Origin: Octopus sinensis
Lineage: Eukaryota
Reading direction: 5' to 3'
Assembly (NCBI RefSeq): GCF_006345805.1
Contig: NW_021837017.1
Span: 1-21,955, forward strand
DNA length: 21,955 nt
The notes below the pieces were generated by a model. That model was not told where the DNA came from and made no database searches. It was given only the letters and a program-made list of their open reading frames with translations. Of this stretch, positions 10,323 to 20,834 are shown piece by piece. Made by a program: the position numbers and the translations under genes. The first letter of the stretch is position 1, and every line of letters begins with the position of its first letter.

Positions 10323-11567
10323 AATTCGCATGTACTTACATATAAGCCACACACACCACACACACACACACACACAACATAAAAGTACACATACGCGCGC
10401 GCATCCACAAACTCGCATACACACGCACATATGATGTAGCTCACTACCGCACACCAGCATCTGGCCCACAGACAGCCTGTCTTCACTCTTCCCCCATTTA
10501 TACCACTACTACCACGTCCTCTGCTTCTTTGAACTGCCTGATTTGGTAACATTTCCATTCAGACAGTCCTTACTCAGTCGTCTATCCTCGACTCGCCATC
10601 CATATTGTGTTTATCCCAGAAATGATTACTGATTACGGGAAACAAATTAAACATTAGCTTGATCGATCTTCGATCATGCTAGTCTATTTATAAACCTAAT
10701 ATGCAGACCGGTACAACGTCACCAGCTGGCATTAACATAATCTACTGTGCTACAAACCTACCAAGCGTTCGAGCCAGGTCAGGGAATAAATCTTCCTCCT
10801 CCTCCTCCCCTTCCTCCTCCTCCTCCTCCCCTTTTCTTCCTCCTTCTTTTCCTTCCCCTTTCTTTCCTCCACCCTCCACCTCTTCCCAGTCATCTCGAAG
10901 GCCTTGAAAAAGGGTCAGGGGCTCTGGATTTTTTTCTCCCCTGATTAAGCCATAAAAGTTAATTAAAAAATGGACCTTCGAAATGTGATCTTTGTATCAC
11001 AGAGAAACCTCATATTGTAAAACGACTGCTTTATTGCAACGTGGATCTTAAATCATTGACAGAAGTCATAGGGACCATTTGACATTACAATAAATACCTG
11101 TTAAAAATTATTTAAAGGGAAATCGCCTGACATGATAGATGGAACACAGTATTGTTATGGCTTTTCTTACATGAACTTTATTCTAAGAACACGTACGCGC
11201 GCACACATACACCCACACATACATATATACACGCACACACACTCAAACATACTTAAATGTTCAAATATACGCACGCATAAGCAAACACACATACACACAC
11301 ACATATATATAGATAGATTTGCGTGTGTGTATATTTGTGTGTGCATGCGTATACTACCAACAAATGCGAACACATTAATATAAGCCATACAAAAACACAT
11401 ACAAACTCATGCACGCACAAGGAAACAAATACACGCATATACACAAAAAAACATACATATATCACACACATGCACACACAGCCATATGACTCAGACACAT
11501 AGTAAACACAAATGATCATACCTTGAATTATATTTTATTCCACGCATCGTCGTCGTCATACATATGT

Positions 11568-11944
11568 AGAAGCACTCCGTCGGTTACGACGACGAGGGTC
11601 ACGGTTGATCCGATCAACGAACAGCCTGCTCGTGAAATTAACGTGTAAATTGCTGAGCATCCACAGACACGTGTACCCTTAACGTAGTTCTCGGGGATAT
11701 TCAGCGTGACCACCAGAGAGTGACAAGGCCGGCCCTTTGAAATACAGGTACAACCAGAACAGGAAGTAAGAGCGAGATAAAGTTGAGGTGAAAGAGTACA
11801 GCAGGGATCACCACCATCCCTGCCGGAGCCTCGTGGAGCTTTAGGTGTTTTCGCTCAATAAACACTCACAACGCCCGGTCTGGGAATCGAAACCGCGATC
11901 CTACGACCGCGAGTCCGCTGCCCTAACCACTGGGCCATTGCGCC
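11568..11944 (-). mobile_element. tRNA-derived SINE, family C (resembles octopus OR-type SINEs)
   Basis: Minus strand GGCGCAATGGCCCAGTGGTTAGGGC (A box)..GGTTTCGATTCCC (B box), then a ~300-nt body ending CGTCGTAACCGACGGAGTGC. Family name from memory, not searched. Confidence 0.88.
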
Positions 11945-12350
11945 TCCACCATATATAGTATGCCTGCAACGCATTGATGACAACGAAAGACTCCCTGAAA
12001 AAGCGTGAGTTCTGTAGATGCCTTGCCAATCTTGTTCAACCTGCTCTTGATATCGTCCACCCATTGCGTTATTTGCCTGCCTCTTTGATCTACTGCCGTC
12101 TACTCTTTCTTCCATGATAATGTTTGCCAGACCTCTGCTTCTTCGAATACGACCATTATAGATGAGTTGTCCGATGATGCTTGTAGGAGACGCGTAACAT
12201 TCTCCTATACACTCACATTTGAAGCTCACTGATTATGTTCGCTTTAAATTTGTTCAGAGTCCATGCTTCGCAATCACAAATGCCTATTGACCAAATGAGT
12301 GCTTGTTTTTAACTTAATTGGGACACTTTTGCTCGTCCAGATGTTATTAA

Positions 12351-12715
12351 CTCTAGAAGTACCTACCAATAATTTCTTACTTCTTTCAGGGAGCATAGCG
12401 GTCATTTTTGACCGGTATTGAAAATCTTTATTTAATACAATTTATTTTAGATATAAGCAAATGCAGTGAATAAAGGATTTGGAAATACAGTCTTTTAGCA
12501 TTTATGGACAAAAATTTACGTTAAAAAAGAAAAAAAAATTACAGGAGTGGCTGTGTGGTAGGTAGCTTGCTAACCAACCACATGGTTCCGGGTTCAGTCT
12601 CACTGCGTGGCATCTTGGGCAAGCGTCTTCTGCTATAGTCCCGGGCCGACCAAAGCCTTGTGAGCGGATTTGGATTGACGGAAACTGAAAGAAGCCTGTC
12701 GTATATATGTATATA

Positions 12716-12753
<38 letters not shown>

Positions 12754-13057
12754 TGTGTCTGTGTTTGTCCCCCTAGCATTGCTTGACAACCGATGCTGGT
12801 GTGTTTACGTCCCCGTCACTTAGCGGTTCGGCAAAAGTGACCGATAGGATAAGTACTGGGCTTACAAAAAAGAATAAGTCCCGGGGTCGAGTTGCTCGAT
12901 TAAAGGCGGTGCTCCAGCATGGCCGCAGTCAAATGACTGAAACAAGTAAAAGAGTAATATGAAATGATGCTCATGATTTCGCATTCAATACAGTCGTAAA
13001 ATTTTTAAAAAGTTAAAAGCAAAAGCGGTTATTTATAACTGCTTGGTACTTTTGGTG
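12351..13057. mobile_element. piggyBac-like MITE (TTAA TSD) containing a SINE
   Basis: TTAA at 12347-12350 and 13058-13061; imperfect TIR CTCTAGAAGTACC vs CACCAAAAGTACC (10/13); subterminal palindrome-like GCGGTCATTTTTGACCGG near 12398 and decayed GCGGTTATTTATAACTGC near 13025. Confidence 0.75.
12543..12957 (+). mobile_element. SINE family A, full length
   Basis: Colinear with 6901-7318 from head to AAACAAGTAAAAGAG tail. Confidence 0.95.
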
Positions 13058-13213
13058 TTAAGCTTTTCCATGAACATTCTTGCCATGGCTAGCCGTGTCC
13101 CAATTGTTTTCTTACTTATAGCTTCATCAGAAATTTGGTGTCCAGGACACTTGTACAATTCAACCGGTTCGAGCATCTCACTTCCCAGTTTGATGTTAAT
13201 GTTTACTTTCTCT

Positions 13214-13426
13214 AAAGGCAGCGAGTTGGCAGAAACGTTAGCACGCTGGGCAAAATGCTTAGCAATATTTCGTCCGTCTTTACTGTCTGAGTTCAAATTC
13301 TGCCGAGGTCGACTTAGCCTTTCATCCTCTCGGAGTCGATGAAATAAGTACCAGTTGAACACTGGGGTGGATTTAATCGACTCATCCCCTTTTCAGAAAT
13401 TGCTGGCCTTGTGCTAAAATATGAAT
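13214..13426 (+). mobile_element. SINE family B with aged 17-bp TSD, inserted in the RTE
   Basis: Flanks TTAATGTTTACTTTCTC (13196-13212) and TTAATATTTGCTTTCTC (13427-13443), 15/17 identical. Confidence 0.9.
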
Positions 13427-13739
13427 TTAATATTTGCTTTCTCCTTTCCTTCTACAATGACTTTTGTTTTCTCACGTACACGCAGGACAATGCACAAAAC
13501 TCGGGCGCGCGAGAAAAGTGGATAAATACGCAGATAGGCAGTCAGACATAAACAGACAGTTTGACGGTCAGACAGATAGACAGATAGATAGAGAGAGAGG
13601 GGGAGGGGGAGAAAAAAGAGAGAGAGAGGGAAAGAGAGAAAGAGAAAAAGAGAGAGAGATGAGGACGTAAACAAAATCGAAAAACACAACTGATGTGTGA
13701 AATTGATGGAGACGTAATCAAATATGTTGATGATGTATG

Positions 13740-13792
13740 TAATATATATATATACATACATTTGCGTGTGTGTGTATGTGTGTGCGTGTGAA

Positions 13793-13855
<63 letters not shown>
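13740..13855. repeat. (TA)n/(TG)n/(GA)n microsatellite
   Basis: Direct reading. Confidence 0.9.
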
Positions 13856-13857
<2 letters not shown>

Positions 13858-13900
13858 GGTAAACTAAACAAGCCGGCAAATACACAAAATTGTTAGATCC

Positions 13901-14112
13901 TTTTCTACTCTAGGCATAGGTCCCGAAATTTATGGGGAGGGAACCAGTCGATTAGATCGACCCCAGTAAGCAACTGGTACTTAATTTATCGACCCCGAAA
14001 GGATGAAAGGCAAAGTCGACCTCGGCGGAATTTGAACTCAGAACGTAACACAGACGAAATACCGCTAAGCATTTCGCCCGGCATGCAAACGTTTCTGCCA
14101 GCTCGCCGCCTT
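13901..14112 (-). mobile_element. SINE family B, full length, perfect 17-bp TSD
   Basis: ACAAAATTGTTAGATCC at 13884-13900 and 14113-14129. Confidence 0.96.
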
Positions 14113-14608
14113 ACAAAATTGTTAGATCCATCGGACGACACACCTTGTGATGTTTTTGCTGGCTTCTTGCATTTTAACTTCAAATCCCGCTATGACGTAC
14201 ATGGTGCGTAGTCCTAATACGTCGCCCAGTGCCAATTTAAACACAACCACTTGGTCCTTGCGCAGCTTTTAGCGGATATCTTCTAGCAAGACTTTGAGTA
14301 AGGTTTGAGAATACCTACATCTCGCACTCCCCCCTACCCACCTCTATCTATAAAGGTTTATAGGCATTTTTCTCTTGATTGAGAGTGAACGATGAAAGCA
14401 AGAATCTAAGCAAACGAAATGCCGCCAAATCATTATATGATGAAGGTGTTGTTGCACCATAACGGGAGAGATATTGTAAGTGTTTTTCCTATGTAAAATG
14501 GAAATTGAATTTTCCTTGCTAAATGTAATTAACTTGGGTTCGGCAGTGTTGATTAACCTAAATTTAGGGTTATTAGAAAATTTAACAATATATATATAAA
14601 TATACATA

Positions 14609-14941
14609 GGCGCATGGCTCAGTGGTTAGAGCGTCGAGCTTACGATCGTGAGGTTGTCAGCTCGAATCCCGGACCGGGCTGCGTGTTGTGTTCTTGAGCA
14701 AGACACTTTATTTCACGTTGCTCCAGTTAACTCAGCTGAAGAAATGAGTTGCGACGTCACGGGTGCCAAGCTGTATTGGCCCCTTTGCCTTTCCCTTGGA
14801 TAACACTGGTGGCGTGAAGAGGGGAGGCTGGTATGCATGGGCGACTGCTGGTCTTCCATAAACCACCTTGTCCAGACTTGTAACTAGGAGGGTACTTTCT
14901 AGGTGCAATCCCATGGTCAGTGTCGTGACCGAAGGGGGTCA
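14609..14941 (+). mobile_element. tRNA-derived SINE, family D
   Basis: GGCGCATGGCTCAGTGGTTAGAGCG (A box)..GCTCGAATCCC (B-box-like), then GTGTTGTGTTCTTGAGCAAGACACTT (CORE/V-like post-tRNA segment) and ~230 nt of body. No acceptor stem, so not a tRNA gene. Confidence 0.85.
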
Positions 14942-15014
14942 AGACAAGATATATATATATAATATATGCACACACACATACATACATACATACATACATA
15001 CATACATACATACA

Positions 15015-15045
<31 letters not shown>

Positions 15046-15344
15046 GTGTATGCAAGTGTGCATATGTATGCGTGTATATATACACATTCTTGAATGGCTC
15101 TTGAATCCCTTGAGTTCCTCTGCCTTTTGACAAGTATTCTACATATTGCAAGCTGTCCAAATTCCTCGCAATGCAAGTTTAGCAGAGTTGCTGATTTAGG
15201 GACTGACACCCAGATTATGTAGTGGGTTACTTACTCGTAGCTGGTCTCTGGGAATCAGATGTCTAACCTGGAATACGTGCAAGCATTCTCGCACACGTAT
15301 ATACATGTATCTCTCTCTCTCTCTCTCTCTCTCTCCTCTCCCTC

Positions 15345-15388
<44 letters not shown>

Positions 15389-15689
15389 TATATATATATA
15401 GGGGTAAAATATGAAAAATCAACGAAAATGCATATTGCAGATAGAAGAAAAGGCTATTTATGACAGGTAGTGACAAATATATACATTTAGATTGACTGAG
15501 GTAGTAATACGAGTCATAAAGGTCATTATTATGAGATGATAATAATAATAAAGTAAGAGAACAAAACGAACCAATTGGTTTACGCGTAGGCTATTCATCG
15601 TTTGAACAACACCGGTTAATATACGGTGTCAGATCTAATAGTTCCTGAGAAAAGCGGTACCCAGTTCACCTCCAGGGGTGGTGTCAACG

Positions 15690-15987
15690 AACATGACACT
15701 CTGGTATTCATGGTTATCATACCAAGAGTTGGCCTTCCCTATTTTCTTTTTTGTCCTTTCTATAGTGTTCTATAGAAGGACCCTAGACAAACTTAAGCTA
15801 AGGATTAAGGTTGTTGAAAAGCCCAGCAACCCTATCAAATCTATAATTGGTTGAACCTATCCTTTTAGTAGAACCCCCTGTACGGATAAGTACTGTACTG
15901 TATGTAGATTTAGTCCACAAACAAACTGTAAAGCCAGAAATGTAGTCTATAGTATAAGGTGTATAGAGGGACGATGCAGTAACAAGT
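15690..15987 (+). mobile_element. Penelope-like element fragment (Cys-rich linker and start of GIY-YIG)
   Basis: Single frame: RRTLDKLKLRIKVVEKPSNPIKSIIG*TYPFSRTPCTDKYCTVCRFSPQTNCKARNVVYSIRCIEGRC. Fits the IKVVE..C-x4-C-x2-C..C..NVVY-x-I-x-C pattern preceding YIG in PLEs. Confidence 0.72.
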
Positions 15988-16756
15988 CATTTTCCCAGAA
16001 TGTATCAGATATATCTTTATATTCATAAACAAATTTTCAATGGGCATCTCTATGCCTTTTAGTCAACAGCGGAGTTTTTCTACGAGAGTATGACTTCAGT
16101 TCACTCCTATGAAGTTCATTGCTGATTGTTCGTAGTGTAACACTCGTCCCTGAAGCTAACAAATCTTCTAGCAACTCCTTTCTGGTGATCATTGCGTTTT
16201 TTCGATTCTCTGCTTCATTTTTCTTAAAGATCTAGGAGAAATTTTGCGTGGTGCACTAGATCTTATTCTGTTTTCAATAGTTCCCTTTTTTATATCTTTG
16301 AATAAATGAAGATATGGTAGAAAATGTAATACAAAGGGGTCTCTGATATTTTCTTGTAACTTTTACCTGCTTTCCACTGTTCAATAATTAAGTTTTTCAC
16401 TGAATTTGTGAGTTCTTTACTTTTTGCCATTGTAATGAAGAAGCTAGCGTTTTGACACTTAAAAATGACAACTGATAAGATTATTTGAACAAACGAGAAA
16501 GTTCTAGTAAAAAAAATATTTTAACAGTATTTTGTGGCATAGAAAATCATAAATTTATTCTGTACGAATACTTTTTTCACCCCTAAATATTTATAATTGT
16601 ATATAATTGCCTTAGTGACTATAATTTATTAGTTTCTTTTGCATATTCTTAGTTTATGCATGTGTATGCAAATATTGGTATATCCCATTTATGTTCATTA
16701 GAAATTAAATAAATAAAAAATTTTGACATGTACGAATATTTATTTCCCCCCCACTG
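15988..16756 (-). mobile_element. Tc1-family transposon, 5' half with IR/DR end and decayed transposase
   Basis: TA + CAGTGGGGGGGAAATAAATATTCGTACA end at 16756; inner direct repeat at 16561-16583; ATG at 16430: MAKSKELTNSVKNLIIEQWKAGKSYKKISET/..FIQRYK/KGTIENRIRSSAPRKIS..ITRKELL..RKTPLLTKRH..FWEN. Cut off just before the first catalytic Asp. Confidence 0.92.
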
Positions 16757-16972
16757 TACGTATATATACTTCGTTTTCGCATCTGGTTTGTAAGATTCTC
16801 TATGTGAATTCGTGTGTTGAAGCAAATTTTGTTGTGTTCGGGAAGACTCATACTGCCTTAAGGAACGAAACTTTTGGAAGGAAACAAATATTATAAATAA
16901 TCAATGAGTGGAAATTGAACCGGTGAGTGTGTTACATATTAAAGCGTTAAAGCAGTATGACTCTCCCCAGAC

Positions 16973-17025
<53 letters not shown>

Positions 17026-17052
17026 TGTGCGTATATATATATATATATATAT

Positions 17053-18296
17053 TGTATAGATTCCTTCCCCTCTTTCGTCCAATCTTTGTACATCGGACAA
17101 ACGGGACGCCGCTTGGCTGACCGGTTCGCGCGAACACCTTCGTGACATCCACCTTGCGAACGACACACCGGTCTCACGCCATTTCCACTCCACCGGTCAC
17201 TCCTTGCAACACCTATCTGTGTTCGGTTTGTCCTACACAGAGGCCATCCGGATTCCCGTTTGCGCCGTGAACAGGAATTAATCTTCTCTCTTCGGTCTTA
17301 TACGCCATTTGGTCTCAACTCTCCCCCCTCCTCATCTAACCCCCCTCCTCACCTATCCTTTCCCCCCCCACCCCTACTTCTTCAGTCCTTCATCCTTTCA
17401 CCCCTACTCCCCTTCCCTTCTTCCCTCTTTCTCCCTCTCTCCTTCCCTCTTCCCCTTTCCCTTGCTCCTCACTCCCTCTCTCCCCCTCTCCCTCTTCCTC
17501 CTTCCTCCCCTCCTCCCCTTCCTTCTCCCCCTCCTCTCTCTTCCCCCTCCTCTCCTCTTCCCCACTCTCCTCCCCCTCTCCTTCTCCCCCTCTTCTCCCT
17601 CCCCCTCTTCCCTCCTCACTACACCACACGACGTTACACATCACATCATATATGATGTGCCATACTAATACATACACCAATTAATACATACTAATACGTA
17701 CTAATACATACTAATACATACTAATACATACACCAACCCTATACATACACCGTCCCAGACCCCGCATACGCACTTATACTCTCTCATACACACACACACA
17801 CACTTATACATACTAATACGTACTAATACATACTAATACTACACACCAACCCCATACATACGCACGTCCAGACCAATCCTAACGCACTAATACTCTCTCA
17901 TCATACACACACACACACACCACACACACACACCCTTATACATACTAATACATACACCAACCCTATACATACAACGTCCAGACCCCTCCTACGACTATTA
18001 GCTGGTCCTTCAACCCTATTATCTCCCCTTATTTCCGCTCTCGCGTCTCATGTTTGATCTTTGACCTCTGGCCGAAATCAGATCGCCATGTTGATTCGTT
18101 AGCTACTGCACGCATTTTTTTTTCTTTCCTTCTTTCTGTGTTTTTTTTTCTCTCTGTGTATCTTTCTGTTGAAGAGCGTAGGCTCGAAACGTTAAAGACT
18201 TGTTTTATTTATATTTCCTGAGCGCCATACTAATACAATTGTTCGTTTGTTTTCCACCTGCCTTCGTCTTTTGTCTATTTTCATAAAGCTTTCCCG

Positions 18297-18297
<1 letters not shown>
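17053..18297 (+). mobile_element. 5'-truncated Penelope-like element: GIY-YIG C-terminus, repeat-rich 3' region and pseudo-LTR with hammerhead
   Basis: SLYIGQTGRRLADRFA/EHLRDIHLANDTPVSRHFHSTGHSLQHLSVFGLS/..RLRREQELIFSLRSYTPFGLN at 17080-17320; hammerhead motif at 18161; both ends abut (TA)n. Linking the ends into one element is inference. Confidence 0.82.
18161..18198 (+). ncRNA. Minimal type I hammerhead ribozyme motif of a Penelope pseudo-LTR, non-canonical at position 6
   Basis: Stem I TCTTT/AAAGA; CTGTTGA (18166-18172); A; stem II GAGC-GTAG-GCTC; GAAA; CG; T-T site (18192-18193). Confidence 0.72.
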
Positions 18298-18690
<393 letters not shown>

Positions 18691-19064
18691 GTGTTCTTGC
18701 GTGTGTATGCGTTTATATCGAAACCACCAACTACGTTTTACCTGAAGGTCAAGCTGACTCGCAACACATCAGTGTTTCCTCTCTCTCTCACACACTCCCT
18801 ACATCTCTCTCTCTCTCTATATATATATATATACCGTTCTCTCTCTCTCTCTCTAACTTTCATTCTCTCTCCCTCTCTGTAATAGGCGAATCCCGCCCCC
18901 GTACCTTAAGCTTCCATCTCACACTCCTCACACCGGCTGATGCAATGACACTCCACTTCTCATTTACCGTTTTACTTCTAACCGCCGACTGTTTCATAGT
19001 AATCCAGAGTCTAATGTGCAAGTGAGAATGCCGTGTGCTGCGTGCGTGAGTGCACTCGTGTACG

Positions 19065-19101
19065 TGTAGCGTGTGTGTGTGTGTGTGTGTGTGTCTCTCT
19101 C

Positions 19102-19138
<37 letters not shown>

Positions 19139-19501
19139 TTACCACACACACACACACACCCGTAGATCTATCAATTTCTCCCATTCTCTCTCTATAAGTA
19201 TGAATGCATGTATGTATACATACATACATACATATATATATCTGTGTACATATATATATATATATATATGTAGTATACATATATATGTGTGTATATATAT
19301 GCATATATATGTACATAAAGGTTATATATATAGATGCATATATATGTATTTATATCATATATATAATATATATATATATATACGTTATATATATTATATA
19401 TATATATATATATATGTATATAATTGTTTATATATGCATATATATGTGCATAACGTTCCATATGTTATACCTCTATATACATACGTATATATATATATAT
19501 A

Positions 19502-19550
<49 letters not shown>

Positions 19551-19690
19551 ATATGTATATTATATATATACACACATACACCCACACAAATAGTAGATAG
19601 ATAGATGATAGATAGATAGATAGATGATAGATAGATATAGATAGATAGACACTTGTAAATATTAATGTTTTGTATATATATATATTTTGT
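19065..19690. repeat. Compound (TG)n/(TA)n/(GATA)n microsatellites
   Basis: Direct reading. Confidence 0.95.
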
Positions 19691-19814
19691 CTGCATCTAT
19701 AGAACTTACAGATTATTGCCTTCAGTGGCTACATAAATGGAAGAATCATTATCAATATCATCACCATCTACCTATTATCGCCATAAATAATATGTGTGTG
19801 TGTGTGTGTGTGTG

Positions 19815-19865
<51 letters not shown>

Positions 19866-20034
19866 CGTGTGTGCATACTCAGTTATTTAAACATACCATA
19901 TGGCCAAACTGACACATTTGCTGTATAATATTCAGAAAATCCAGTCTCATGAATATCTACATGTCACTGGTGAATACAAATTAGCGCAAACATACGCACG
20001 TACATGATATATATGTCCATATATATATATATAT

Positions 20035-20078
<44 letters not shown>

Positions 20079-20174
20079 TATACACATATATATACACATT
20101 ATTATACATATAATAATATATATACACTCTATATATACACATACTATATATTCATGTACGCGCGTATGTTTGCG

Positions 20175-20204
<30 letters not shown>

Positions 20205-20205
<1 letters not shown>

Positions 20206-20499
20206 CTTATATATAAAGTCAAGTTGTTTGTCTGTCTCCAACGATTTAGATTCCTAACTAACTCCCACATTTTTTGCGGTGCAGTGTAACCAAACCGGAT
20301 ATCTTATAGTCGTGATTCATTTCGAGCCCTTCTGGGTATTAGCGCGCGTCTACGATGAGTCTACGATTTAAAAAAAATTACCATAATTTTTTTTTTCCAT
20401 TTTTAATGCATTTTTTGCTACTTTTTGGCTATAACTCTCTAAAAATGCTTATATAGTTATTTCCCTACCAACCCGAGCAACGCCGTGCGATACTGCTAG
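20205..20499 (+). mobile_element. Complete 295-bp non-autonomous Helitron
   Basis: A|TCTTATATATAAA 5' end; subterminal CCCGAGCAACGCCGTGC (decayed GC hairpin, 20472-20488); 3' CTAG|T at 20496-20500; A/T insertion site with no TSD. Confidence 0.85.
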
Positions 20500-20540
<41 letters not shown>

Positions 20541-20722
20541 GCCACATACGTGTAGAATGAAGTGACCGAGCTCATTCTAGTTTGTAATTGTAAAAGCAGT
20601 CGATATTTATGGACTTTTAGGCATCAGCTTGATAAAACTATCAATCTCCGGATTACTGCCTGTATTAGAGCCTGTTAGTGTGGATGAGCTTAGCAGAGTA
20701 AACTCCAGGATTAACAACCGAA

Positions 20723-20768
20723 TGAAACAACAACAACAACAACAACAACATCGACAACAATAATAATG

Positions 20769-20825
<57 letters not shown>

Positions 20826-20826
20826 T
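20723..20826. repeat. (AAC)n-(AAT)n microsatellite
   Basis: Direct reading. Confidence 0.95.
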
Positions 20827-20834
20827 TTAGTTAC

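Larger units (their letters stand above)
11955..13478 (-). mobile_element. Decayed RTE-clade LINE 3' portion, split by nested insertions
   Basis: With insertions removed and two frameshifts bridged: KTKVIVEGKEKVNINIKLGSEMLEPVELYKCPGHQISDEAISKKTIGTRLAMARMFMEKLNNIWTSKSVPIKLKT/LIWSIGICDCEAWTLNK..QM*VYRRMLRVSY..IMEERVDGSRS/RGRQITQWVDDIK. This is the RTE post-RT C-terminal pattern. Confidence 0.88.

Noticed and set aside
10975-11060. KCDLCITEKPHIVK resembling the C-x-L-C-x-x-EK motif after some PLE endonucleases
   Set aside because: Short match with no flanking homology in frame.
11870-11944. tRNA genes at SINE heads (also 14609-14680 and family A/B heads)
   Set aside because: A/B boxes are present but acceptor stems do not pair, and each continues into a repeated SINE body.
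14370-14482. Possible exon ending at ATT|GTAAGT
   Set aside because: All three frames contain stops; no recognisable protein and a weak acceptor.
15577-15603. Minus-strand decayed hammerhead-like CGATGAATAGCCTACGCGTAAAC ahead of a (TA)n-ended tail
   Set aside because: Both core boxes and stem II are broken; it may be a pLTR relic but cannot be supported.
15690-17325. The two GIY-YIG fragments as one Penelope element split by Tc1
   Set aside because: They look colinear (NVVY..C then YIG), but the second fragment has its own YCI segment and a different sequence style, so two elements are more likely.
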